From: an uncultured Bacillota bacterium
GTDB taxonomy: Bacteria; Sysuimicrobiota; Sysuimicrobiia; Sysuimicrobiales; Segetimicrobiaceae
Direction: 5' to 3'
Length of the DNA: 64,000 bases
NCBI GenBank assembly: GCA_963804645.1
Contig: CAWDRG010000017.1
Span: 352,001-416,000, forward strand
A program made the translations under genes and the position numbers. The notes beneath the pieces were generated by a model. It did not search any database. It was not told the DNA's origin and saw only the letters and a list, made by a program, of their open reading frames with translations. Below are positions 47,432 to 57,845 of this stretch, piece after piece. Positions within the stretch are counted from its first letter, which is position 1. Every line of letters starts with the position of its first letter.

Positions 47432-48214
47432 TCAGATCTTCTCGACCTGCGCGAAATCCAGTTCGACCGGCGTTTCGCGCCCGAAAATCGACACGAGAAC
47501 GCGGACTTTCTCTTTCTCCGGGAGAATTTCGTCGACGACCCCGCTGAAATCCATAAACGGACCCGAGTTGATCCGCACCGCGGAACCCTTCTGGTAGGTG
47601 ATCCGGAACTTCGGCGTCTCGTCGCCCAACTGGCGAAGAATCGCCTTGACCTCTTTGTCCTGCAGCGGCAGCGGCTTCGTGCCCGACCCCACGAAGCCGG
47701 TCACCCCCGGAGTGTTGCGCACCACGTACCACGAATCGTCATCCATGATCATCTCGACAAGCACGTACCCGGGGAACACCTTCTTCTTGGCGATCCGCCG
47801 CTTGCCGTCCTTGATCTCGATCTCGTCCTCGGTCGGCACGAGGATCCGGAAGATCTTCCCCTGGACCCCCATCGACTCGACCCGGCGCTCGAGGTTCGTC
47901 CGCACCTTGTTCTCGTACCCCGAATACGTGTGAATCACGTACCAGCGGGTGCCGGCGGCCGCGCGCGCCGCCTCCAACTCCGTAACGTCCGGTGGAGTCT
48001 CGACGATGCCTTCCGGCGTCGCCGGCACGACCTCGGGCGCCGCGGCGGCCGGCGCGTCGACCACGGCCGCCGCCTCATCCTGCGGCACCAGTACCCCTAC
48101 CGGGGTGGACTCGGGGGCGGCCGGCGGCTCGTGCGGCTCATCCCGGAACAGCTCCTGAATGAGCGCGGCGGTGTCCGGCTTAGTCCCCTGGGGTCGATTT
48201 CGGTCATCCGGCAT
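47432..48214 (-). CDS. nusG: transcription factor NusG with N-terminal extension
   Basis: WYVIHTYSGYENKV, FPGYVLV, VRNTPGVTGFVG, IFGRETPVEL. Confidence 0.95.
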   Translation of the reverse strand: MPDDRNRPQGTKPDTAALIQELFRDEPHEPPAAPESTPVGVLVPQDEAAAVVDAPAAAAPEVVPATPEGIVETPPDVTELEAARAAAGTRWYVIHTYSGYENKVRTNLERRVESMGVQGKIFRILVPTEDEIEIKDGKRRIAKKKVFPGYVLVEMIMDDDSWYVVRNTPGVTGFVGSGTKPLPLQDKEVKAILRQLGDETPKFRITYQKGSAVRINSGPFMDFSGVVDEILPEKEKVRVLVSIFGRETPVELDFAQVEKI

Positions 48215-48239
48215 GCGGGTTCCCTCGTGAAAGAAGTGC

Positions 48240-48548
48240 TTAGGGCTGAATGAACGGTGCGAACGCTTTGGCAAAGATCAGATCGCAGCCGCCCAGATAC
48301 AGGGCCGTCACCGTCAGGACAAAGACCACGACCAGTGACGATGCGATCAGCGTTTGGCGGTCCGGCCAGGAGACCCGGTTCAGTTCCGCCATTACATCGC
48401 GCAGGAACTGCACCGATGTGGTCCACACCTTCGGCGCGCGGCGGGCCGCCGCCGCCTTGCCCTGCCGGGCCGCGGATCTCTCAGCTGCGGTTACGCGAGC
48501 GGGCTTGCCGATCGCCGGCCCCGTGGCCCCATCGCTGGCACGCGCCAT
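48240..48548 (-). CDS. secE: preprotein translocase SecE
   Basis: FLRDVMAELNRVSWP plus one TM helix, directly upstream of nusG. Confidence 0.92.
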   Translation of the reverse strand: MARASDGATGPAIGKPARVTAAERSAARQGKAAAARRAPKVWTTSVQFLRDVMAELNRVSWPDRQTLIASSLVVVFVLTVTALYLGGCDLIFAKAFAPFIQP

Positions 48549-48594
48549 CGAAATGCCCCCTAAACAAAAAAAGACTGCCGACCTGTGCTCCCTC

Positions 48595-48622
48595 ATTATA
48601 TCAGCCCCGCGACCGCTGTCAA
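48595..48622 (-). promoter_or_regulatory. sigma70 promoter for secE-nusG-rplK-rplA
   Basis: TTGACA-N16-TATAAT with TGn extension. Confidence 0.75.
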
Positions 48623-48866
48623 CGCGCTCCGCGCCGGACCCGCCGGGTGCGCGGAGATAAAACACGGCGCGGATCACGGGGCCCCAGGGCGGGGGGAGAG
48701 GGACGTGCCCCTGGAACTACGCGTCCGCGCCGCATCGAAGATGCATCCGCGTTATCTTGCTCCTTCTTAGTATCCCCGGATTCGCAAGATTCTAACCTTC
48801 GATTGGCACCCCGGCCCGACACCGGGCGTCCGGGTCTCCCGGGCCCGCCGCCGCCCGGCGGAATTC

Positions 48867-50186
48867 TCATCGGGTGCCGCAGTAACGCGCGAGGAACAGC
48901 GCGGTCCAGGTCACGGCGCGCCGGAGCTCGTCAACGGCGAGCCCCTCCTCGGGGCCGTGGCAGTGATGAATGTCGCCGGGACCAAACGTGAGGGTCGGGA
49001 TGCCGCCGAGGCGCACGAGATGGCGGGTATCGGCTACCGCGGAGAATCCCCGTGGCGCAGCCCCATGCTCGCCAAGTGCCCTCCCCGCGGCCACCATCGC
49101 GACCGCGGCGGGATGCCCGGGATCGGTCACTGCCGGCCAGCGGTCGCGGGTCGTCCATCGAACCTCGGGAGGGTGTGCGACCAGCCACGGGTCCGCGGCA
49201 GTGACCGCCGCGAGCGCGGCCTCAACCCGCCGCTCCACGTCGGACCCGGACTCCGTGCCGATCAGCCCCACGCTGTAGTGGAGATCACACCGATCGGGCA
49301 CGGCCCGGCCGGTCGGGCCCGAGTTGAGTGCCATCAGGTTCCACACGTGGCCCTGGGGCAACAGCGCCCACAGAGGATGCATATTGGTGCGATCGAGCTC
49401 GTCCCGGAGCCGTTCGAGCGCCTCGACGTACCGCCAGGCGAGGCCGATCGCGTTGACCCCGCGCCACCCCTCGCCGGGATGCGCCTTGCGTCCCGTCACT
49501 CGAATCAGAAGATCCACGGACCCGCGCGTCCCAAGACACAGGCACATCGAGGTGGGCTCCCCGACCATCGCGGCGGTTGCGGTGTACCCCTCGCGCAGGC
49601 ATTCTAGGGTCCCGGCTCCGCCCGATTCCTCGCCGATGACCGACTGAACCTGCACCCGCCGCCGCAGCCGGATGCCGGCGGCCCGGAGGGTCATCAGCGC
49701 GCCGAGAAACGTGAACAAACACCCCTTCGCGTCCGCGGCACCGAGCCCCACGATCTTGCCGTCGCGGAGCGCCCCCGCGAACGGAGGCGCCGGCCAGGAC
49801 CCGGGATCTCCGGGCCCCACGGTATCCGCATGGCTGTTCAGGAGGAGATGGGACTGCGGCAGATCCGCCGCGTCCTCGGCGGGCGCCCACCCCACGACGT
49901 TGGGACGGCCCGCAAACCCCTCGGCCGGGATCACATGCTGCAGGTCGGGATATCGCTCCCGGAGCGCATCGGCGTCCGGCTCCCACACGCGGACGCGGCA
50001 GCCCACCCGCTCCAGTTCGCCGGCGAAATACTGCTGAAACGCGCCCTCCCCGCCGGCCTCGCCATCCTGCGCCGCGGCCGGGTTCACGCTCGGCAGACGA
50101 ACACCCGCGCGCAGGCGTTCGGCGACGTCCGGGATCACGTCGCGAGCGGACCGGACGATCGCCGAGACGAGGTCGTCCATGGACAT
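48867..50186 (-). CDS. M20 family metallo-hydrolase (ArgE/DapE-like deacylase)
   Basis: NSHADTV, GAADAKG, GEESGG, GEPT, GRKAH, HGPEE. Confidence 0.9.
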   Translation of the reverse strand: MSMDDLVSAIVRSARDVIPDVAERLRAGVRLPSVNPAAAQDGEAGGEGAFQQYFAGELERVGCRVRVWEPDADALRERYPDLQHVIPAEGFAGRPNVVGWAPAEDAADLPQSHLLLNSHADTVGPGDPGSWPAPPFAGALRDGKIVGLGAADAKGCLFTFLGALMTLRAAGIRLRRRVQVQSVIGEESGGAGTLECLREGYTATAAMVGEPTSMCLCLGTRGSVDLLIRVTGRKAHPGEGWRGVNAIGLAWRYVEALERLRDELDRTNMHPLWALLPQGHVWNLMALNSGPTGRAVPDRCDLHYSVGLIGTESGSDVERRVEAALAAVTAADPWLVAHPPEVRWTTRDRWPAVTDPGHPAAVAMVAAGRALGEHGAAPRGFSAVADTRHLVRLGGIPTLTFGPGDIHHCHGPEEGLAVDELRRAVTWTALFLARYCGTR

Positions 50187-50312
50187 GAGCGGGTCTGGCG
50201 CGCGCCGCCTAGCGGCGCACCTTGCCCCTTCTACACGACGTGCCGCCCGGGCCGCACCGCGGGGGCGCGTCGAATTCGGCCGACAACGCTGTGATCAGCC
50301 CGCCGGGCGCCC

Positions 50313-51551
50313 CTACCACCAACGGATCGGGCACCGGTTGAGGCGTTCCATGCCGCTGGCCGTGACGCGCCACATGTCCTCCCAACACGCGGTGCCGAAC
50401 CCCTGCCGCACCAGCATCGGCTCGATGGCGATCACCATGTTTTCCACGAGCGCGGCGGGGTTGCCCGGCGCGAACGCCGGCAGATCCTGCACTGCGCACC
50501 CGACCCCGTGGCCGCGGAAGTAGAAATCGTGCTCGTATCCCGCTTCGCGCGCCATCCGCAGGCCGATCTCGGCCAGATCGGCGATGACGATCCCCGCTCG
50601 CGCGGCGCCCGTGACGGCTTCCACGATGGCGATCTGCGTCTCCATAAACCGCCGCTGTTCGGCGGTCGGCTCGCCGCAGACGCGCTGGCGAGAGATGTCG
50701 CTGTAGTACCCCATGTACCTCCCGCCGAGATCCACGTAGACCATGTCGCCGGCACGCACGCGGTTCGCCGTCGGCGCCATGTGCTTGAATCCCGCGCGCG
50801 GGCCGGCGCAGACCGAGAGCGCGAACGCCGGGTGTTCCGCACCGGCCTTGAACATCGCATAGTTCGCCTCGGCGGCCAACTCGAATTCCGTCACGCCCGG
50901 GCGGACCGCATCCATCGCCGCACGGGCGCCCTGATCGGCGACGTCGCACGCCCTGCGCAGGACCTCCACCTCGGCCTCGCTCTTGACCGCCCGCATCTCC
51001 TTCAAGAGCGAGTCGGCGGCGGACACGCGGGCGTGGGGAAATGTCGCGTTGAGAAAGGGCCCCAGGCGGTCGACCGCGCCCGCCCCGGCCACGCCGATCG
51101 CCGCGCGGTCGCAGCCGCGCTCCCGAAGGAAGTCCTCAAGGTGATCGAGGACGGTGGCGGGGCTTGCGCTGCCGGTGACGGTGCGGGGCGCCGCGGCGCA
51201 GCGTACGTCCTCGAGCCAGCAGTCCTGAATTCCGGAGTGCATCGGCTCGCCGTGCATCACGGCGTTGGTCGTGAGGCCCGGCTCCCCGTCGGCCGGCACC
51301 ACCACCATCGTCTCGCCGCCGTAGAAATCTTCGAAGTTCGTGAGATACCGCACATGCGTGGAGTCGGCCGGATTGCCCAACACGACGACGCAGTCGAGGC
51401 CGTCGCGGGTCATCAGGGCGGCGAGCCGGCGGATCCGCCGACGGTACTCCTCGAGCGGAAACGGAAGGTTCATCCACGGGACGCGGTCCGTGTAAGCATA
51501 CGGGATCCGGCCCCAGCCGTACGGCATCGCCGGCCGATCTTTTGCGCTCAT
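50313..51551 (-). CDS. M24B family (Xaa-Pro peptidase/creatinase-like) metallo-hydrolase
   Basis: RAVKSEAE, VDLG, YSDISR, HGVG, IEP, WED ligands; creatinase-like N-terminal domain. Confidence 0.9.
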   Translation of the reverse strand: MSAKDRPAMPYGWGRIPYAYTDRVPWMNLPFPLEEYRRRIRRLAALMTRDGLDCVVVLGNPADSTHVRYLTNFEDFYGGETMVVVPADGEPGLTTNAVMHGEPMHSGIQDCWLEDVRCAAAPRTVTGSASPATVLDHLEDFLRERGCDRAAIGVAGAGAVDRLGPFLNATFPHARVSAADSLLKEMRAVKSEAEVEVLRRACDVADQGARAAMDAVRPGVTEFELAAEANYAMFKAGAEHPAFALSVCAGPRAGFKHMAPTANRVRAGDMVYVDLGGRYMGYYSDISRQRVCGEPTAEQRRFMETQIAIVEAVTGAARAGIVIADLAEIGLRMAREAGYEHDFYFRGHGVGCAVQDLPAFAPGNPAALVENMVIAIEPMLVRQGFGTACWEDMWRVTASGMERLNRCPIRWW

Positions 51552-51892
51552 CGAGACGTCACCGGTTCACATCCCAACAGTCCCTGTATGACCCGCTTCC
51601 CGCACCGATTTCGAGGCACTGCCGTCCTCGTCCTCCGAACCGCACCCGGCGGACGTCTTCCAAGGCTGCTGCGGGTTCTCGGGTAACGCCGTCCAAATCG
51701 GGCGCCCGGCCGATATACGCGCTCACCTTGAGTCCAGCATTTCTGTATCTAAGAGGGGGTTCAGGTGCAACCTGAGAACTGGCGAGGGACAGGGCGGTGC
51801 TGAGCCGGGGGGCGGGCGCCCGTGCAGCTCTCGGGACGCCGCTCGGCCGGCGGGACGAAGGCATGCGATGATCACGAATGGGGGTGCGACCG

Positions 51893-52285
51893 ATGGTCGA
51901 TGGGCGCTTTACGCTGATCAACGGCATCCTGCTTGATACGCAGACCGGCATGACGTGGACGCTTGTCACGGCCGAGAATCTCGACGGAAGCGCGAGCCAT
52001 TACGGGACGTGGTTTCCGCAGTTCATGCTGTCGGCATTGACTCCGTCCACGGGGCCTTCCATCGGCAACACGCTGGTCACGATCACCGGGGTGGGGCTCG
52101 TTAACGCCACGTGGGTGCGGTTCGGTCAAACGACAGTGGCCCCCACCGATATAATCTCCGACATGATGCTGACGGTGGCAACGCCGCCAGGCGTGCCGGG
52201 CACGGTCCCCGTCTTCGTCGTCAGGGTCGGGACTCACGGAACGCCGTTCGGAGAAGTATACGTCGGCGACTTTACCTACACATAG
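51893..52285 (+). CDS. small IPT/TIG domain protein
   Basis: LSALTPSTGPSIGNTLVTITGVGL...VRFG...TPPG..GTVPV...FTY. Confidence 0.75.
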   Translation: MVDGRFTLINGILLDTQTGMTWTLVTAENLDGSASHYGTWFPQFMLSALTPSTGPSIGNTLVTITGVGLVNATWVRFGQTTVAPTDIISDMMLTVATPPGVPGTVPVFVVRVGTHGTPFGEVYVGDFTYT

Positions 52286-52360
52286 TTCGTCGGGAAGCTG
52301 GCCAGGCGGGAGGAACGGGGCGCGACCTGGCAAACACCAGTGCGGGACTTGCGTGTTCTC

Positions 52361-52437
52361 TGGCAGGGGCGGAGGGATTCGAACCCCCGACCACTGGTTT
52401 TGGAGACCAGCGCTCTACCAAACTGAGCTACGCCCCT
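52361..52437 (-). tRNA. tRNA-Trp (CCA)
   Basis: AGGGGCG acceptor stem, CTGGT-CTCCAAA-ACCAG anticodon arm, TTCGAAT, encoded CCA. Confidence 0.97.
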
Positions 52438-52501
52438 GCGCGCGGCGGCGCGCCGCGAAGTCGTGGCGCGCCGATCACACGTCCGTTAGCGCGAGTATAC
52501 G

Positions 52502-52654
52502 CTACCGCGTCTCACGGTGTACAGTATGCTTCCGGCACCACCGGCAGTACTTGGAGTGCTCCACACGATCCGGCGTGTTCTTCTTGTTCTTCTTCGTGGT
52601 GTAGTTCCGCCGTTTGCACTCGTTGCAGGCCAGTGTGATAATGTCGCGCGCCAT
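52502..52654 (-). CDS. rpmG: 50S ribosomal protein L33 (Zn-ribbon type)
   Basis: Manual translation: [50 protein letters not shown]. Confidence 0.96.
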   Translation of the reverse strand: MARDIITLACNECKRRNYTTKKNKKNTPDRVEHSKYCRWCRKHTVHRETR

Positions 52655-52779
52655 CGTTCATGCCCTCCAGTGTGCTCTGCCCGCCCCGCCTGAACGCGCG
52701 GGGACGTCAATGAACCGCCACATCGTCTTCATTATAAGTGATCGCGTCGGACCGCGGCGAACCGGCCGGGCGCCGGGCG

Positions 52780-53997
<1,218 letters not shown>

Positions 53998-54096
53998 TCC
54001 CCTGCCTCCTGCCCAGCGGTTTCCGCGCTCTCGCCCGCCGCGCGGCTCACGGGCATCAAGACGCCCCTGCCGGAATACCGACAGGGGAACAGGTCC

Positions 54097-54172
54097 TGGA
54101 GCCCACGACCGGATTCGAACCGGTGACCTTGTCCTTACCAAGGACACGCTCTGCCGCCTGAGCTACGTGGGC
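54097..54172 (-). tRNA. tRNA-Thr (GGT)
   Basis: GCCCACG acceptor stem, TGTCC-TTGGTAA-GGACA anticodon arm, TTCGAAT, encoded CCA. Confidence 0.97.
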
Positions 54173-54186
54173 CTGCGCGCAGACTG

Positions 54187-54214
54187 ATTATAGCAGGCAC
54201 CTTTAGGGTGTCAA
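54187..54214 (-). promoter_or_regulatory. sigma70 promoter for tRNA-Thr-tuf
   Basis: TTGACA-N16-TATAAT with TGn extension, 14 nt before the tRNA. Confidence 0.8.
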
Positions 54215-54368
54215 TCGAACCGCGACACGATGCGCGCCGCTGACGCAGTAGCGCCGGAGGAGTCGCCCGCGGTACCGACTAAGTAGCCCGCGGTCGGTCG
54301 TGCGGAGTCCCGGCGTAGGTCTCTACCTTCCCGCGCGAGTCCTATTCAAGGGAGATCACGGTGCCTCC

Positions 54369-55025
54369 ATGCCTGTACACACGCTCCAATTCCGCGCGGT
54401 GCTGTTCGATCTCGACGGGACCCTGATCGACTCGCACCGCCTGATCGTCGCGTCGTTCCGGCACGCGTGCCTTTCGGTGCTCGGCCGCGAGATCACCGAC
54501 GCGGACGCACAGGTCCGCTGGGGACAGCCGCTCCCGGTCCGGTTCGCCGCGGTCGCACCCGACCGCATCCCGGCACTCGTGGACGCCTACGCGGCGTACT
54601 ACAACGAGCACGAGCGGGCGCTCGCCTCGGTGTTTCCAGGTATTCCGGGGATGCTCGACGCCCTGACCCGCGCGGGACGGACGATCGGTGTGGTCACGTC
54701 GAAACGCAGCCGCGCCGCGGTGCAGGCGCTCCAGGTGCTCGCGCTGGCGCCGTGGATTACGACGACGGTCGGCGCGGATGACGTCCCGGCCCCGAAACCG
54801 GCCGCCGACCCGATACGGGAAGCGCTCCGGCGCCTGGGCGTCGACCCGGCGTCCGCGTTGATGGTCGGCGACGGCGTGTTCGATATCCAGGCCGCCCGGG
54901 CCGCGGGTGTGCGCGGCGCGGCCGCGCTGTGGGGCGTCGACGACCCGACGGGCGTGCTCGCGTGCCGGCCGGACTACGTCGTGCGCTCGCCCGACGAGGT
55001 GGCCGCGCTCGCCGCGTCAGAGTAG
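54369..55025 (+). CDS. HAD-IA hydrolase (PPaX/Gph-like phosphatase)
   Basis: FDLDGTLIDS, VVTSK, KPAAD, MVGDGVFD. Confidence 0.92.
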   Translation: MPVHTLQFRAVLFDLDGTLIDSHRLIVASFRHACLSVLGREITDADAQVRWGQPLPVRFAAVAPDRIPALVDAYAAYYNEHERALASVFPGIPGMLDALTRAGRTIGVVTSKRSRAAVQALQVLALAPWITTTVGADDVPAPKPAADPIREALRRLGVDPASALMVGDGVFDIQAARAAGVRGAAALWGVDDPTGVLACRPDYVVRSPDEVAALAASE

Positions 55026-56092
55026 AGCATCGCCCGACGGACGGCGAGCCGCACCGCATCCCCCGGACGCGCGGTGTCTTCCGCCCGCCCCTCGACGCGC
55101 ACCGCGAGTTCTCCGACCTGCACCACGTATTCGATCCGGTTGCCGAGGTAACTCGCGCGCGACACCCGCCCCGCCAGCACCCCGTCCGACGCAAGCGCCA
55201 GCGCCTCCGGGCGGGCGCACACCACCACGTGGCCGCTCAACGCCGTGCCGGGCACGGTGAGGACGTGCGCATCGGTCCCATCGAGCAGCCGCACCCGGAC
55301 GCCTTGACCGTCGCGTCCGATCACGACGGCGGGGAGGAAGTTGGCCGCGCCCACAAACCCGGCGACCACGGGGTCGACCGGATGCTCGTACAGCTCGCGC
55401 GGGGTCCCGATCTGGGCGGGCCGGCCGGCCAGCAGCACCATGATCCGGTCCGACATCGCCATCGCCTCGCTCTGATCATGCGTGACGTACACGACGGTCA
55501 CGCCGAGACGCGCGTGCAGCTCTCGGAGTTCCGCCCGCATCTCCTCGCGCAGCTGCGCGTCGAGGTTGCTGAGCGGCTCGTCCAGCAGCAGCACCGCGGG
55601 CTCCATCACCAGCGCGCGCGCGAGCGCGATCCGCTGCTGCTGGCCGCCCGACAGTTCGGTCGGGTACCGGGACGCGAAGGCCTCGAGATGCACGAGGCCG
55701 AGCGCGTCGCCGGTGCGCCGCTCCATCTCGGCGCGAGAGCACCGTGCGCGGCGCAGCGGGTACGCGACGTTCTCGGCGGCGGTCATGTGGGGCCATACCG
55801 CATAGCTCTGAAACACCATCCCCATGCCCCGGCGCTCCGGCGGCACACTGATGCGCTCGTCGGCCGAGGACAGCACGCGGCCGTCGAGGAGAATCCGGCC
55901 GGCCGTCGGCGCCACAAAGCCGGCGATCATCCGAAGCGTCGTGGTCTTCCCGCACCCCGAGGGGCCGAGCAGCGTCAGGAACTCCCCGGCGCGGATCGTG
56001 AGGGTGACGTCGCGGACCGCCCAGACGGGGTCGCTTCGCCGGCCCGGCCCGGCAAACGCCTTGCCGAGGCCGTCGAGCCGCAACTCAGCCAC
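54974..56092 (-). CDS. ABC transporter ATP-binding protein (AfuC/FbpC-like, TOBE)
   Basis: GPSGCGKTT, LSGGQQQR, LDEPLSNLD, VTHDQ. Confidence 0.93.
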   Translation of the reverse strand: MAELRLDGLGKAFAGPGRRSDPVWAVRDVTLTIRAGEFLTLLGPSGCGKTTTLRMIAGFVAPTAGRILLDGRVLSSADERISVPPERRGMGMVFQSYAVWPHMTAAENVAYPLRRARCSRAEMERRTGDALGLVHLEAFASRYPTELSGGQQQRIALARALVMEPAVLLLDEPLSNLDAQLREEMRAELRELHARLGVTVVYVTHDQSEAMAMSDRIMVLLAGRPAQIGTPRELYEHPVDPVVAGFVGAANFLPAVVIGRDGQGVRVRLLDGTDAHVLTVPGTALSGHVVVCARPEALALASDGVLAGRVSRASYLGNRIEYVVQVGELAVRVEGRAEDTARPGDAVRLAVRRAMLYSDAASAATSSGERTT

Positions 56093-57812
56093 GGGTCGCC
56101 CCGTCGGCGCCCCGCAGCACGGCCCGGGACGCCAGATTAATCACCAGCAGCATCATCGTCACCAGGAACGCCAGCGCGGCGGTCAGCGTGGCCTTCCCTT
56201 CGTCGTTCAGGCCGAAAATCGTCACCCCCAGGGTCTCGTTGCCGACCGAGAACAGCAGAATCGACAGGGTCAGCTCGGCGACCGCGGGGATAAAGGCCAG
56301 CACCCAGCCGGCCGCCAGGCTCGGCCGGATAATCGGCACGACGATGTCCAGAAAGGCCTGGAGCGGGCCCGCGCCGCTGATCCGAGCGGCCTCCTCGAGC
56401 GTGCCCTGCACCTGCGCCAGGCCGGCCAGCACGGTCCGGACGCCGATTGCCAGAAACCGCGCGATATAGGCGAGAAAGATGATCCAGAATGTGTCGTACA
56501 GGCGCAGCCCGATGATCGGGATCGGCCGCAGCCACGCCAGGATCATGCCGAGCGCCACCACCGTGCCGGGGATCGCGTACGGAATCGTGATGACGAGGTC
56601 GAGCACCGCGCTGCCCCGCAGGCGCACTCGGGTCAGGAGGTACCCGAACCCGACCGCCAGCACGAGGATCAGGGTCGCCGATCCGGCGGCAAGTTCGAGG
56701 CTGTTCAAGAGCGCCCGCGGTACTTTCGGGACCGCGATCACCTCCGCGTAGTGGACCAGCGTCAGGTTGTTCGGGGCCGGCGGCAGGCCGTAGGCCCGAA
56801 TGAGCGACGTTACCAGGATCGCCGCGAGCGGCAGCACGACGCTCACCGTCACGAACGCGCCGAGGCCGCAGGCGATCGGGTACCGCCAGCGCCCGAGCGT
56901 CACCAGCGAAACGCCGCCCGCCTGCCCCCCGACGACCGCGAACCGGTTGCGCCGCTGCAGCCACCGCTGGAGCCACAGCAGCACTGCGGCGATGACAACG
57001 AGCCACATCGAGAGCGCCGCCGCAAGGTTGAGATTGTCGCGCTGGTCGAAGTTGAGAATCGTCTCATAGATGCGCGTCGTCAGCACGTAGTACCGCGCCG
57101 GGAACCCGATCACCGCGGGAATCCCGAAGTCCCCGAGCAGCGACATGAGGAGCAGCAGCGCGCCGGCGAGGAGCCCCGGGAGCATCAGCGGCACGGTGAT
57201 CTCCCAAAAGACGCCCCACGGGCCGGCGCGCGACATCCGCGCCGCCTCCTCGAGCACGGGATTCATCCGCTCGAGCACGCCGAGCGAGGCCAAGAATACG
57301 ATCGGATACCCGTACAGGACCATCACGCCGATAATCCCCACCGGCCCGTAGACGACCGCGAGCGGAGTCGCGGACCCGGTCAGCGCCATCCAAATCTGGT
57401 TGAGGTAGCCGACCGGGCTCAGCAGGTAGACCCACGCGATGGCCCCGATGAACGGCGGGATCATGTAGGGAAGCAGGAGCGCGGTCCGCCACGCGGCGCG
57501 GCCGGGCACGTCGGTCCGGCTGACGATCCACGCCAGGGCGACTCCGAGGACGATCCCGCCCGCCGTCGCGGCGACCGATACCACCAGGCTGTGGAGGAGC
57601 ACGGTGTAGACTTGGGCGTCGGCGGCCAGCTGCGCGTAGAGCGCGAGCGACAGGCGTCCGCCGGCCACGAACGAGCTCAGGACCAGCACGAACGACGGGT
57701 ACACGAGCACCGCGGCCAAGAGCGCCGCCGACGCGGCACCGACGGCGATCAGCGCGAGCCGCGCCGCGCGGGGCGGTTCGGTACGCCGCCCGGCCCCCGC
57801 CGCGAGCGTCAC
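56085..57812 (-). CDS. ABC transporter permease (AfuB/FbpB-like, duplicated)
   Basis: Two EEAAR.S.A (EAA) loops, DFGIP, about 12 TM helices. Confidence 0.92.
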   Translation of the reverse strand: MTLAAGAGRRTEPPRAARLALIAVGAASAALLAAVLVYPSFVLVLSSFVAGGRLSLALYAQLAADAQVYTVLLHSLVVSVAATAGGIVLGVALAWIVSRTDVPGRAAWRTALLLPYMIPPFIGAIAWVYLLSPVGYLNQIWMALTGSATPLAVVYGPVGIIGVMVLYGYPIVFLASLGVLERMNPVLEEAARMSRAGPWGVFWEITVPLMLPGLLAGALLLLMSLLGDFGIPAVIGFPARYYVLTTRIYETILNFDQRDNLNLAAALSMWLVVIAAVLLWLQRWLQRRNRFAVVGGQAGGVSLVTLGRWRYPIACGLGAFVTVSVVLPLAAILVTSLIRAYGLPPAPNNLTLVHYAEVIAVPKVPRALLNSLELAAGSATLILVLAVGFGYLLTRVRLRGSAVLDLVITIPYAIPGTVVALGMILAWLRPIPIIGLRLYDTFWIIFLAYIARFLAIGVRTVLAGLAQVQGTLEEAARISGAGPLQAFLDIVVPIIRPSLAAGWVLAFIPAVAELTLSILLFSVGNETLGVTIFGLNDEGKATLTAALAFLVTMMLLVINLASRAVLRGADGATRG

Positions 57813-57845
57813 ACGATCCCCCCGAACCGCTCCGCTGCGACCGGC

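Noticed and set aside
48660..48800. Possible attR (tRNA-Trp fragment) or small ORF MHLRCGADA at the secE side of the insert
   Set aside because: No convincing match to the tRNA 3' end; the ORF is only 9 codons with poor RBS spacing.
51560..51870. Possible riboswitch upstream of the M24 gene
   Set aside because: No recognisable TPP, SAM, cobalamin or glycine core on either strand by eye.
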